NCBI GenBank assembly: GCA_036172245.1
Contig: JAYWIR010000001.1
Location: 1,736,001-1,800,000, forward strand
DNA from: Raillietiella orientalis
Lineage: Eukaryota
Reading direction: 5' to 3'
Length of the DNA: 64,000 nucleotides
The position numbers and the translations under genes are program-made. This document shows positions 26,200 to 40,465 of the stretch, in pieces. Position 1 is the first letter of the stretch. Every line of letters starts with the position of its first letter. The notes under the pieces were generated by a model that saw only the letters and a list, made by a program, of their open reading frames with translations, was not told the origin of the DNA and did not search any database.

Positions 26200-29100
26200 T
26201 GCATGGTAGAAATCCACAGCTTTAGCTGCCGAATACGACGAACAAAAAGTAGGTTCCGTTGGAATGTAAGTGCTGGACGTCTAATAGAGTTCAAGTTAGT
26301 GAAGATTAGTGGAAGGAAAATCCCGGTTGTATTTATCAAGTATGCAAAAATGTTTCTGTACAGAAGACTCAGTGTGAAGGCATGGGGGCATTATACAACT
26401 TTTCGCTTCCCAGCACGCATCTGCCTTGCGTCCATTTGCAAACATCTCATAGTCTCTGTCTGTTGTAGCGTGAGTCTACACTGCTTCAGACACCTTTCAA
26501 CTTGCCCACTCATTTCGATTTGTAAGAATCAACATGAGCAGATGAAAATAAATTGAATACCTTCCGCATCTTTCTCGAGGGCAGCGGAATGCAGCTTCCA
26601 GATCGTTGATGGAACATGAAGAGGAAACCTGCCTTACGAAATTTGTCACTAAGAAAAATTGGAAATCTCTCTGAACGTTTCCTTTAATTCTGGGAAAGGG
26701 AAAACAGACCTATTTTTGACAGCTGAGGTTGTGTCAATGGCTTTTGTTAAAGTGGAATTCGACCTTCCAGTCATAACGACTGAGCATTGCACCAAACGTC
26801 TTGCATCCTGTGCTTGTTTCTTGTCATAGAGATCCAGTATCAAGGTTCTCTGCATTGTAATGTCATATCGATTGCTCAATCTCATCTCGGAAGAGTCGCT
26901 CCGTCCGTGGATAATTCTGGAGAAACGATTGCTCCGGGAACTGGCGCTCTGGCTGAAATTCTACTTCACGCCAACCTATCGAGCGCGAACAGCACGGATG
27001 TTGGTGTGGGAAACTGACGTAATGTCAACTGCACTGTCATCTCTTTTTCTCTGATCTGCATTTGTCTTTCATACAGCCGCTTAGGGTTGTCCCTTTGTCA
27101 CTTGCAATCTAGATCGATCCTCCTCCTATGATTTGAGTTCATCTCTGGGAATGCTTCTCAGAAAAGAAGGATGCCCTTCACAGGCGATTACCGTGTACAT
27201 GGACGAGATAAATGCGCGTGAGACGTGAGCAGGTTGCAAGCAAGGATATACAGGAATCCTTTGAAATGTTTAGGATGAGTGAGGAACGCCTTTGATTTGT
27301 AAACGGTAAACGTAGAGCACGGATTGTTACTGGAAGTGAATAGAAAGCGAAGCTGAGCACTATGTAAGATCTCAAAACAATTCAGTGAAATCGAACGCTC
27401 GATATGATACAAAAGGTGGAGAACAATCTCGAAAACACGAAATAGTTTCAAATTTATTTTTGAGCATACCCACTCTCTTCTGTTACGATCAGCAGTCCAC
27501 CCTCGGATTCTACGTCCGCTGTTTATGACGTCATCACTCTTAGAATGCATGACGAACGATCACGTTCCGAAAGTCAGCATACTTTTCTTTCATTGAAAAC
27601 ATTATTCTTTTTTCATGCATTCGCCACAGATCTTTGCTACCTTTGGTCCCTATCTCATCAAATATTTGCACTAGTTCCAACACACAGTTCTTCCTTCAGC
27701 ACTTCAGCTGGGTTTCAAGTGCCCAAGCCTCTAAGTGAAATGGACCTGAAATATTAAATCCTGTGAACTGGGGTTTGTATTCTTTGGTCGTTATTCTTTG
27801 GTCACAAGTTGACTCGACACTCACAATCAGAGGCCACCTTCAGCAGTCCAGTTTCCAATCAGTTTTAACTTGCATGATCCATGACAATAACCCCGTTCTC
27901 AAGATGTGCGTTCTCTTCGTATCATTCATCCTTCATTTGAGGCAGAATTCCCAAGAGACGCCTGGTTACCTGATCGGGATAGCGGGGTACTTTCGATTCT
28001 GTGCGCTGCTCTTTTCGACAAAGTAAATCTGCATCGCATCTCGGCACACCAAAAGAAAAGCCTCCCTCTGGGAAGAAAAAATCTTGGATCTGAGCTCCTT
28101 TTGTCGCTTCAGGTAGATATGCAGCTGCGTTGTTCTTGTTCCACACGTAGCGCTGCTAGTCTCGAGGTGCACGCTGTAACCACGCAACGAAGTCTACATC
28201 TCGCTTCGCCTCTCCTTAGCGAAACGTAGACTTTTTGGTTCTTTGATGGGTGGGCTTTAAAACTTTAAAAGTTTAAATTTGGTTCCTTGAGAAAGAGGCT
28301 TTCTCCAGTGTTCCAGGACGTGAGTGTTTCACCACGAAGAGCGTGGAGTTTCGAAGTGGGAGCAGCGTCCGCGCGTGACCGGGATTCAAAATCCACACGA
28401 AACAGAGAATCGGTAGAAGTGACCCACAAGCGAATCCCCGATCTGAGGTGTCACTGCTTGTGCATCGCAAGAAGCCTGCGCACTTTCAGCCATTCGATTC
28501 TGGCGACCCGCCAGCTTTTCGGAATGTCTTGGACCTCACCGATGGTTGCACTCACAGTCATCTGCGGCAAACGAGACGTGTGCTGAGGCTGGAAGAGGAG
28601 CTCTGTGGTCCAGATATCGCTCGCTGGACGACGGCATGCTTCCCCTTCATAAACCTGGTCTGTCGTCCATTCGGACCCAGCAAAGTGGACTCCCACTCCG
28701 CTATATTGCTCGAATTCTCGGGTGGTGGCACATTCTCGGGTTTCATTTCTTCCTCCACTACGCCATACACGAGATCGATATGGGAATCGCACGCGTGCAT
28801 TCCAGCATCCGGTAGCAGCACTCGTCCTCATGAAACATGCTGCTAAATGACGGAAGAAAGCCTCACTAGCGTTCGTGGAGGAGCACAACTTTTGCATGCC
28901 CACACACCATTCTTCTAATCCTGTCATCTTGGCTCCCATAAATGCATTCGAATTTTTGGCAACCTCAAAATGATCTGACGCATGGCTGTTTTCCATCGTC
29001 CGACGGAACCATCACACGCCACTGCACTCAGAAGCGCGGCCATTTCCAGCATGAAGAGCTAATAATTCGTTCGAGATCGATGCCAGTGAATAACAGCCAA

Positions 29101-29218
29101 AGGGTCGTAAAAAGGCCATAATCATCTCCAAAATTATATATAACACAGCAAATCCTAATCAGGAAAATGATTGCAGACAACATGGACATGCACCAGGAAT
29201 TCCGGGAGTTGAAGCTCA
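26200..29218 (-). mobile_element. Degenerate L1/Tx1-like ORF2
   Basis: Minus-strand remnants in order: FGDDY (about 29130), HASDHFEV (about 28975), SAVDIT (YADD position, about 27025), LKETFREISNF (about 26670). Confidence 0.4.
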
Positions 29219-30008
29219 CGAAGGATCGACGCTCGCAACCCATGTGACTCGACAACGCCTAGGGCTCGACACGCGTCTTCTCTTCTCGTTGCTTCCAGGC
29301 AGCCTCCTCGCTTTGCAGCAAACCGAGGGCGACGCCTTCGCACACCGAGACCCTCTCTGGTGCAGGCTACTCGTCCGTCCTAGCAACCGGGTATCGACGA
29401 CAACGCGTGCGTGCGTGGGGGGGGCGACTCGTGGAGAGAAGAACGAAGCACCGCGTGGACTAGGCGCGCGCGCGCGGCGCCTCGGACTCCCATGGGAAGA
29501 GTGCGCGAACCTGATTGCGACCGAGGTTCGAAGTCAGACGAGTGGCGCCAGCCAAGTGTTGGCGGACGGCCGCAGGGACCGATCGGCTCCAGCAGGTTCG
29601 ACCTACCTCGAATTCGAAGACGCGTGCCTCTTCCGCCCTGTAGGAGCGTTCCGCGCAGCTTCCGAGAAATCTTCCCCCATCTCCGGGGGGGGGGGGGAGG
29701 AGCGAAGCCCGGCTCGCTCGTCCTCGCCCGCTCCTCGGTTCCCGTCGAAAAAAGGCTCGCAAGCGGAGCGCAGCGCTCCCGGGTCCACCAGCTTCCGACT
29801 CGTGCCGATACCCCAGTCACCTGCACTCACCTCTTCACGACGACCCGGTTGGCGCCACTCTCCAGGCCAACCCAACTTTGCCAGTGTATCCGCCATTTCT
29901 CGCTTGCTCGCTGCTACCATGGTAGCAGCGTCCCGGGCAACGGCCGCGATTCCTCGAGCGCGGATGGTCCTTTGGGGTTTTTCTGTTTTCTCTCCCTTCC
30001 TTCCTGTG

Positions 30009-30680
30009 TTTTTTTTTCTTTTTCTTTTTTTTTTCCGCATTGCTAATTGCTGAAGAACCGTTCGCGCGCTTAGGGAGGACTCACGAAGCTCTTCAGCACC
30101 GTCCACGCCACCCGAGGGTGCGCGTAACTCTTCAGGTTACAGGGGCAACGCCACGCCACAGGAATCCAGGAACGGTTCCTGTGAATCCAGGAAGGCTTCG
30201 GTGGAAGAAATCCGTTCTGTTTATGCTTGAGAGCTCCCTTTATGCGAGCCGGACCCTCGCCCTGGTCGTCTCGCAAGGAAACCCCGAAGGGAAGCTGTTC
30301 CTCATTGTGTGCGGAGGGCTTCCCGGACGAAGCCGCTCCTCGCTTCTTCTCCGAAAGCAACCCGGAAAGGATTCGGTCCTTGAATTTCTTCTCTGGAGGG
30401 AACCCGCGAGGGAACTGCTCCTTGTTCCCTCCTCTGGGGAGAACCCCAAAGGGAGCAGCGCGCTTTTTACACCCTGGAGAGGCGACCCCCGAAGCGGGTA
30501 GCAACCAGCTTCACGGTGCGCGGTAGGTCTCTCCGCGAGGCGGAGGACGGAAGGCAGCGGAGGGGAACCCCGAAAAAAGGCGCCCTTGATTCCTCCGGAA
30601 GGAACCCGGAAAGTCAAATTCCAGTCCCGGGAGGGGAAGGGGGGGGGGGCATCCGTCTTCCACCAGTGCCACCAGTTCCA
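30009..30680 (-). mobile_element. Long SINE-like element, copy C (5'-truncated, A-rich tail); mirrored at about 42755-43081 plus 44199-44543
   Basis: Aligns with the bodies of copies A and B and ends in an A-rich run (T-run 30009-30034 on plus). No tRNA head found. Confidence 0.7.
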
Positions 30681-30951
30681 CCGAGAGGAGAATGGAGGGA
30701 AGCGGAGCGGTCGCGTGCCTTTCCGGGAAGAAGGTGCGAGACGGAAGTGCGCCGGTTCGTCGTCGGAGGAGGACGGCGAGCGGAGATCGTGGACGAAGGC
30801 AGGGAGGAAGGATCCATCCACCGTCTCTTCTGGGAGGAGAGCCTCCTCCGCGCCGGGTCTCCTCAGAGGAATGAGATGACGCAGTGACCGCTGCCCATCG
30901 CCCAATCATCCGTGACGACCGAGTGCGGTCGCGGTGGTTTCGACGCGGGAT

Positions 30952-30972
30952 GTCGTCGTCGTCGTCGTCGTC
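30952..30972. repeat. (GTC)7 microsatellite, mirrored as (GAC)n at about 42462-42482
   Basis: Read directly from the sequence. Confidence 0.9.
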
Positions 30973-33900
30973 TTGCCGCCGCAGAGGGGGAAGGGCGCGC
31001 GCGGTCCAAGTCGAATCGCGGGAGTGCGAACGCCAAGATGAGGATGAGGGAGCAGCGCATCACCGTCCGTGCGGGTGGATGCAGGTTGGGCAGGCGACGT
31101 CGTCGACGCTGTGCGGAAATCGGGTGGCGGGACTGCGTCGGTGCAGTCGTGCAGAGAGCCGATTCCCGTGAGCCGTCGGCTGGCTGGGAGCATTGTGGAA
31201 GCCTCGACCGCCTCCTCGGTCCACGGAGCGAGTCGCCGGGCGCTGCTCGGAAGGCGGCAGGTCGTAGCAGCGTCGGACAGCACCGACCGCGCAACCGTTC
31301 GGCACGCTTGCGAGGGCGCTCTTGCGAGGCTGCTGGCACGCGCCGGTACGAACGCAGCCCCCCGGAGCCGGCACCCAAGATCACCCCCTCGCCATCGGAT
31401 GGCGCCCTGCCATGGCCGGCGGGCAGGGGCAGAGAGCACCATCGTTGGCATTCGTCTGTACGTAGCTGTGCACGTGGGCTGCCACTCGTAGACCGCCGAT
31501 CGCGCCATTGTTGGCAAACACTCGCGCCCGCATGTGTGCAATCGCCCGTTGCTAGGTGCCCGCGCGACACGGCGGAAGCGCAACGTGCCCACCGGTGCTC
31601 CGGAACCAAGGCGACGGCAGGCCTTGGCCGTCCGGTGCGTGCTCTCCGGGGGGCACATTTCTTGACGGGAAGACGCGCGAGTCGTGGACCGAAGGCCTTC
31701 TCCGGCTCGCGGCCGCGCCACGGGCCGTCCAGCGCGTGCCCCATCCCTGCAGGCGAGGGAGGAGCAGCACCCCAAGGCGATGCTCGCACCCACCCGGAAT
31801 CCCTGGAACACGTGCACCTGGCGAACACGCCTTCGGCAGCGCCGGCTGTGCTTTGATGCGCGAGTGTCTGGCGGTCGGCGGTCGCTTTGCGCACCGATGC
31901 TGACGGTGGCTGCGTGCGTGCTGATGGAGGTCGGAGAGCGCGCGTGCAGCACGCGCTCCCGCAGGCTGCTCGCTGGGACCTCGACTCCGGGATCGGCGGT
32001 TCTGTGGGACCGGGGCCTGCTGGGGAGCTGCCTTGAACGATCCGCTACTGCGGCAACTTGTTTGCAGCTCCGAGCGACGTGGCTCCGGGACCGCTCGGGA
32101 TGCACTCGTGGTGAGACAAGAAACATGCAATCCGTTCTCGCTGACTTCGATGAGTATTTGCGTCGCGTCCGACAGCCGCTGCACCTGGGAGGACGGATTG
32201 GCTGGATGCACGCAGCACTTTCCTTGCATCTGTGTGGGATGCAGGTCGGAGAGCAGGTTTTGGAGTTTTTTTTTTTTTTTGTCCTTTTTTCCTTCATCGG
32301 GGACTTTCTGTTTTTCTGGTTGCGCGGTTCAGAGTAGCGGCGAAGGTGCAGCGCCTCCAGATATTTGAGAGCACGCCTATTGGTTTGCTCCTGCTCTCCC
32401 TCTTCCGGCACCCGTTGGTGCCCTTTCCTGGTTCCACCCTCGAGTCAGGGTATCCGGCTCGAGAACAGCCTTCGACGCAACCTGAGGAGGAGTTCCGTTC
32501 TCCAGTCCTCCAGTCCTGTCGCGCTATCCCCTCCCTTTCGCCTTCCCCTTGTCCGCAGCACCCTTCTCAGATGGCACGGGAAAAGGCGAGGTTTTCCCGG
32601 ACACAAGGAAAGGCCAAGAGAGAAAGGTCAACAGAGGTCACTGGAAAGGACGAGGGAGAGGGAAGAGGGGAGGAGATAAGTTCCCCCAAAGCATCAAAAG
32701 AACATTTCCGAAAGGGTACCCATTCTCTTCGGATTTCCCAAGAGCACCGGGTCTTGCATGAGGTGGAAGATGAGTAAACGACCTTGGAGACGATGGGGTT
32801 AGCGAGGGAAAGAGAGGAAGAAAGCTTTGCTCCCGGAATCCTCGCCAGTGCTTGCTACTAGGAGGGACGTCTTCCGCGGCATGGAAGGAAGTACTGAGTC
32901 GGACCCACTTCCTTCAGTTTCCCCTCTTTCTGCGAGAAGTGTCGGTGCGGTCAGATGCGGTCGGTGTCCACCTGAGGATAGTGCGACGAGCAGATGCTGT
33001 CATATCCGGAGGGGAAAGGAGATATCAGTACATTGCCAATCGTGCGATCACCATGGTTGACATTCGTCTATATACAGTTCCGTACGCGAGCTATTAAACA
33101 ATCACCAATCGCGACGCGCGGCATTGTTGCTGCAAACGGAAGCGCGCGCGTCACGGACGCATGCGCCACTCGAGTGTCGTCAGTCGCCATCATGGGAGCC
33201 AGCACCCCTTGGCCTGGAGAGTGGAAAAGGTAGAAGCGCGCACCAGGTGTGTCGTCATCCTCCCACGCGCGGCACGCAAAGTCCCAGGCGAGAAGGTATG
33301 CGGCCGAAGACGGGCAAAGACGGGGGGTCCTCGTACGGTCCGAGTGAAACTACGCCAGCGCGCGTCCGCGTCGCGTGCCGTGCGCAGAGCTCGAGGAAGG
33401 GTGCGAGCTCCCCGAAGAGGCAGCAGAAGGAAAATGGAAGGAGGCAGAGTAGAGAGATTGCGCAGCGTTTCACGGCTGCACGCTTGCGCGAGATCCGCTC
33501 GAAGGCCGAGCTCCCAAAGACGGACGCGCACCCTGCAACCGCGGCGTTCGGCGGCGCGTACCGCTGCGGCAGCAGCCGGAAGAACCCACTGTGGACACGA
33601 ACAGGAGGGAGAGAACCAAGCCTCTGGTGTGGGCAGGACAGCACGGGACAACGGCGCCACAGCAACCAGAGCGTGCCCACTCCTCGCTCACTCCCGACGC
33701 CCGATGCGGGAGTCCTGCCTTTCCCACGTCCCGTGGAATGCATCCCGCGCCCCGACGTCTACGTCGCACCTCTGGCCCGCCCCAGAGCTGCAAGCGCTCT
33801 GCTCCTGCAGAGGTGAGCCCGCGCCAGCGCGGGCGTCCGGTCGCACCTGAAAGAGAGCGGATGAGACTACCGGGAGTTGCCTGGCGATCCTGAGAGATGA

Positions 33901-34163
33901 GGGGAGAGGAGGTGCCCAGTCTTCTAGCTGCCTTTGAGATGTTCCAGACGAACCCGCTCTTGACGAAGCAGAGGAAGGAAGAAAGGAAGGGAAAGAGGCA
34001 AGGGATCGGCTTACCGAGGTGTCGAACCGGAGGAGACGCCGCACGTCGAGCGAGACGTCCGGGATCCGCAGGCGGACAAATTGGTAACCCAAGAAAGCCC
34101 AGCACCTATCGTGTTCTCCCGCGTTCTTCCCGACAGGAACCGGAGAGCCGCGGGCAACCCGAT

Positions 34164-34298
34164 CCGCCCAATTAAATCTTCCGCGCCGACACTGAGCAGC
34201 CTCCTGAGAGCCCCTGCTTCTTCCTGTCCTCCGCCGCCACCTCCCTCTCCGGCGCACCCGCGAGCCCCTTGCGATCCACGCGAGCGCGCCTTTATAAG
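34164..34298 (+). promoter_or_regulatory. Putative core promoter of the KLF15-like gene (GC box, CCAAT, TATA)
   Basis: CCGCCC 34164-34169 overlaps CCAAT 34168-34172. TATAAG 34293-34298 lies about 125 nt upstream of the ATG at 34423. Confidence 0.45.
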
Positions 34299-34422
34299 GC
34301 AGGGACGTCCTTCCTCCGTTCGCGAGGTGTGCGCGCGCGCGCGTCGCGTCAGTGGTCGTCGCCTCCCCCGCGAGAAGACTCCGGGGGCCTCCGGAAAGCG
34401 CCCTGAAGGGCGCTGCGTAACC

Positions 34423-36177
34423 ATGGACGAGCAACCTCCGTACTTGGAGCAGAGCTTCGAAGAGGAACCGGGCTCTGCCTTGCAACTGCTGCTGCCGCCG
34501 CCACCGGCGCCGTGGGAAGGCGAGAGCAGCGCTGACTGCTGGACAGAAGCCACCGAGAGGAACGAATGGCCGCTCCCCCTCCAGGATCTCGCCGCCGGTT
34601 GGTATGGAACCACTCTGTCGGGAGGGAAGAAGGGAAGAGGAGGAATTCCGTCCCCCACCCCCACCTTCGCCCCCCTTTCTCTCCGTGGTCCAGCTGGCTG
34701 CCGTTTTCTCATTCCGCCTTCGCGGCGGAAGCAGTGACCTCTACCATCATTCGCCCGCGCGCTGGGTGCGAGATCTCCCTGCTATTCGGAAGTGGATCTG
34801 CTTCTTTCCTCAAGAGAGGATGGGGGCGACCGTCCCCTGACTCCCCCTCTCTTCGATCCCGACCCCCGCGATTTGCAGACTTGAATTTCCAGGCGTGAGG
34901 GGAATGGAGAAGAAAGGATGAGCGAAAAATCAAGGAAAACAGGGGGATGGAGAGGTGTCCCTTCCTTCAGTCCTTTGCTCTGGAACGAGGAGGAAATCTC
35001 TCTGGACATGACGGTTTCTATCGCTGCAATTTCCTCTTCCCTGATGCGCCTTCTTCTTCGGTCTCTTCTCACACCTCCGCTGATGCCCTGTCTCGTAACT
35101 CCGCGCCTCCTTTCCCCCTCCCACGTGCCACTGATTCCTGTATCTTCTCTAGGATGCTGTTGCTGCGCAGGATGCGTGCGGGAGCTCTTCGGTTTTTCCG
35201 TCTCCGAAGGGCCTTCGGAGGAGGCTTTCGGGGGCACGGGGCTCTCCGAAGGAGGAGCGGATGACGATGATGATGATGGTTGCGAAGAGGAGGAGGAGGA
35301 AGATGCCTTTGCCGGCGCCGACCCGGACCCCTTCGCCGTCCCGGAGTCAGTGGTACCCCTTCTTCCTCACGAAAGTATGGGACCGTTGGACTTCCCGGAC
35401 CTGCAGAGCTTCGACTGCTGCCTGGGGGAGCCGCTGGACTTCAATGTGGCGCGGCTGCTGGACGAGGACGCCTGCGGCCTCGACCTCGAGTCGCTCTCTT
35501 CTGCGGATGCCCTGGACCTCATCGTGGGCGCAGGAATTTCCCGCTCCCCTCAACGGGAGCTGCTGGAGGTGGAACTCCCTCGTGCTGGGGTTGCTGGCGG
35601 GGCTGGAGGAGGGCCGGAGAGGCCCTCCAGGACGGCCCTTCCCCGCCCGCGTCCCCTGCTGCAAGGCGGGACCGGAAGAGGGCGAGGAAGGGCGGCAGCT
35701 CTATGGGGAAGGGGGCTCGGGAGCGGCCCCCGTCCCCCGGAGAGGGAGGACAAGTGCTACGCATGCCCCTACCCGGGGTGCGGGAAGACCTACGCCAAGT
35801 CCTCCCACTTGCGAGCCCATTACCGCAGACACACCGGGGAGAAACCCTTCGCCTGCTCCTGGCCCGGGTGCTGCTGGAAGTTCTCCCGCTCGGACGAGCT
35901 GTCCCGCCACTGCCGCTCGCACTCCGGGGTCAAGCCTTACGAGTGCCCCGAGTGCCGCAAGCGGTTCTCCCGCAGTGACCACCTGACCAAGCACAACAAA
36001 GTTCATAGGAAGGACAGGCTGGGTCCGGGTAGACCCGCTTCCCGGTCACCGTGCGACGGCGGCGGCTGCAAGGGCAGGACGGTGGCAGAGGCAGCCTTGC
36101 CCCCCGCGGCTTGCTTCCAGGACGGCTACTGCCGTCCGCGGCTGCTGCTCCTAAGCAACGAGGAAGCTCCGACGTGA
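34423..36177 (+). CDS. KLF15: Kruppel-like factor 15-like C2H2 zinc-finger transcription factor (2 exons: 34423-34597, 35153-36177; about 399 aa)
   Basis: Three C2H2 fingers with [48 protein letters not shown]...RSDHLTKH, matching KLF15-subfamily residues. A phase-1 GT..AG intron (34598-35152) joins CCATGG at 34423 in frame. Exon 1 is inferred. Confidence 0.85.
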
Positions 36178-36899
36178 GCAAGAGCCAGAGACGATGCGGC
36201 CCCTCCATTAGACAGGATTGGAGGAGGAGAAGAGAAGAGGAACGTCCATCCATCACCCCCCTCCCTTCCCCTCTTTCTCTCCACCTTCTCTCTATGTGGG
36301 GTGGGTGGGGCTTCGGCTCATACGAGTCCATTTGAAGAGTAGATGCCAAGGGATGGTCCATTCCGGGCCAGCAAGCCACCGTTCTTGGGTGCAGGCTGGA
36401 AATCCCACGGGATACGTCATCCAGCATCCTTCCTGAACAGGATACGGAGATTCAGAAGGGCTACTTCCACCCCCCTGAACCGTCCCGATTCCCCCGACAT
36501 TCGACCGCTCCTTGCGAGCGCGAGCGCCGGAGCTCACCCTGCAGAGCTGGCAGGAAGGCTCAGTGCGGCAACTGGCCCAGAAAGGTCTCTGTGTGCAGGG
36601 CATTCCAGGAATAAAAACAAAAAAAAACAGGGAGACAAGGCGCTAGCTCTTTGACAAAGATCGTTTCTCTTCCCTTCTATCCCCTACTCAAACCCCGCGG
36701 GGGGATGATGACCTCTTCCCGCCAACAGCCTGTGTGGTCTTTTGCTTCATCCATCGCCCCGCTCTACGAGTGTCCCAAATGCCGCAAGCGCCTTCTTCTT
36801 CATCAACTTCTTCTTCCCCCCTCTGTTGCTCCTGAGCCTTCTTCAGCCCCTTCCCGTTCTGCCGCTCCTATGCCTTCTCACACTTCCGCCGATGCTGCC

Positions 36900-39000
36900 A
36901 CTGGGTACGCCCCAAGCCCCGCGGCGTACCCAGTGACTGCGTAGTGTTCCCTTGAGGCGGCCCCCTCGCCGGTTTTGTCAGCCCTCCCCAGAAGCCCGGA
37001 ATGCTAACGAGAGTCCCGAAGGGGAGTGACTCTCGCAGCGAGCGAAGCCGAGCGATCTGCATTCTCGCACAGCAGCAGCACGCTGGCAAGAAAAATACGG
37101 CAGGCGGCACCGATGGCCAAAGCGAGCAATCGGCGAGATTCTTCGCGCTTCTACTTGCCAGCACTCGCAAGCAAGAGGTGGGGAGTCGTCCCGATTTCCG
37201 ACTTACGGGAATTTGCCAGACTCAGGGTTGCCATCCCTCCGACCCGTTCGATTCGCCCACACCGCCGAAGGCGTCACGTGTTGCTCGGATGAAACTGTTG
37301 CCTGGACTCGTCTCTGGACCACGCGCGTGCACAGCACGACCTCGGAGGCCATCCGGGAACACGAGAAAGCTACGAGAAATCTCTTTCCTCTGGAATTCGG
37401 TGCTTTGCCGGTTCTGTTGCACCGCACTCTCCACTCAGGCACATCTGATTCTCCGAACTCATGGACCTGATCCCGATCACATGGACCCCATGTGCGGTGG
37501 ATAGCATTCGCGGCGTGCATTTTCAGGTGTGCTTCTTGCTGGGAAAAAGATTAGAATGTAAAGGCAGCGTCGAAAAGTGGACGAGGGAGAGGACAAAAGT
37601 GGATAAGTGAATACTCTGTTGAAGGGGAACATGCTTAAGACTTTTCCTTGAAAGAGACTCTGAGTCTCATTGAGCTTTTCTTGCGAGGAAGCAACAACAG
37701 CGCAAAAAAGAAAAATTCAAGTTTTTAGAATTTGTTATTAGACTTTGGTAGCAAAAGCAAAACAAAGCAGGACTCACTCGACCATATGAGCATCTTGCAT
37801 TTGCAGCTAGGCACTCTGTAACATTATCGTAATAGCAAAATCCTCACCAAAGAAGCATGAGATGTTTCCAGAAATCTCAAGCTAACCTTAGAGAGAAGAT
37901 TTCTTTGTGTTTCGACAGAAGAGACAAAGAACAATCTCACAGAAATTTTGTAGTTATAACGAGCAGTATCTTTGCTCATTACAAGAATGGGACAAGACTA
38001 AGAAAAGGAAAAGACAGAACTGGTTTCTTGCCGGGTGATTATCAGAATCTACTTCACGGAAAGCATCGGGTCACTTAGGTTACTACCAGCATAAATGGTT
38101 AGCAAAAGAAGTGTTTGCTAATAATGTGGGCGTAGCTTCCTTTCGAAAACACTATGATACTTGATGATCATCAACAAAAGGCGCTGTTGCTCCCTGAATT
38201 TAGAAAACAGAAATGAATCTGATGGGATCCCCATAACTTAGGATGCTTTTTGTTGGAATTATGAGGATGTAGAACAGAAACCGATCGTTAGAGACACCGA
38301 CTCCACCATTCTGTCCTGTATCTAAGAAACCTACGGAGAATGTGAAACACCACTCGAATGGCATGAGTGTAATGTGTTAACACTTCTAGATAGGAAACTC
38401 CAGATATACGCATGTTGTTGAATGTTCCACGAAGAGCCATAAGAAATCTTGTCCATTTTTCTCGCAAATAAAATTAGCTTCTTCCTCCCAGTTCTCCAGG
38501 CCGAAGAAATTCCCCAGATTTCAGGGGAAAAAACAAAACAAATGGCCACGATTCCCAGAAAGGCTGATGAAAAAGCACGATAACGCAAGTAAAATGGCAG
38601 CGAGATTCCTGCAGAACATGAGTGGACATGATGAATGCATCGAAAATCGTCTTTCTTGTTTAGAGAGCCAACTTCCTTGCCAAATCTTCGTACAAATATA
38701 CTCTTATGTTGACTCTCAGATGGAGCAAAATTGAAAAATCGTTATTTTAGCTCATCCTTATCTGACTTCCACAGAATATGGTCTTTCAGTAGATATGAAT
38801 GAACCGACTTGGCATAAGGCCTTGTTCAGAAATGGAAGTTGTCAAACACAAGCTTCCCTATTACTTGAGCTTGAAGAGCAGCTTTCACGACAAAGGGACC
38901 ATTGAGTTCCCTGTATTCATACAGTTGTTTTACAAAATTATTATTGTATAGTGCTAGTATTTTATACTTTGAACATTCTGTGTAGATTCACTGGGACCCA
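36900..39000 (+). mobile_element. Degenerate L1/Tx1-like reverse transcriptase region
   Basis: RVPKGSDS..RAICIL..KNTA..EQSARF resembles LIPK..WRPISLL..K..Q.GF. Weaker LG, F.W and WK..P remnants follow downstream. Confidence 0.35.
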
Positions 39001-39597
39001 CTAACGTGTTACCACTGAATTTTGCATAATAAAAAACGAAACCAGTAAATGCATACGCAGCTGCCAGCTGCTGAAGCAATTTCCAAGCCTTTCGGGATGC
39101 TTAGTTACCCATGAAGCTGTCTATGTACACGCCACGAAAAGCAGAGAAAGAACGTTTCGTAACCAAGCAATCTCCTTAATTTAAAACACTGACTCGATTT
39201 CGTTTTCAAGTCCCTGCCAAGCCCGCAAGTCGAGCACCTTCAACCGCTCAAAGAGGATAGAGAAGGCCGAAACCCCTAGGAGATCAAGCCCAGGAGCACC
39301 ATCATTCGAAATCCTTGCCCCCTGGAATGATACGCGTCGTCATGCATCCCTCGAAGATGTGGCTGCAGCCCTTCCAAGGGGAGGGGGGAGGGGTGCATGA
39401 TCACAAGTGCGCGTAAATCGCAGGGCCGCGAGGAACGTGCGGTAGGCCTGCTCGTCGGGGAATTCGTCTGCGTAGGCCGCCCAAGGGATGCGCTTCGAGT
39501 GTCGTTACCATCGCTTTGTCCTCCTCTTGTGCTGGGCAGGTGATGTGGAAGCTGTGCTTCCCAGTGCTCGTCTGGACTTGTGGATTTCAGTGTGATA

Positions 39598-40465
<868 letters not shown>

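Larger units (their letters stand above)
29219..32282 (+). repeat. Inverted duplication IR2, left arm
   Basis: Mirrors 41157-45333 (coordinate sums 74552 and 73434/73435). Differences seen: a 1-bp homopolymer indel at about 30633, T15 vs A10 at the inner end, and absence of the 1.1-kb insertion. Confidence 0.97.

Noticed and set aside
34918-35152. ORF-track N-terminus of the 419-aa KLF ORF
   Set aside because: It reads through a pyrimidine-rich segment ending in a good acceptor (TCTTCTCTAG). An upstream exon with a Kozak ATG and TATA splices in frame.
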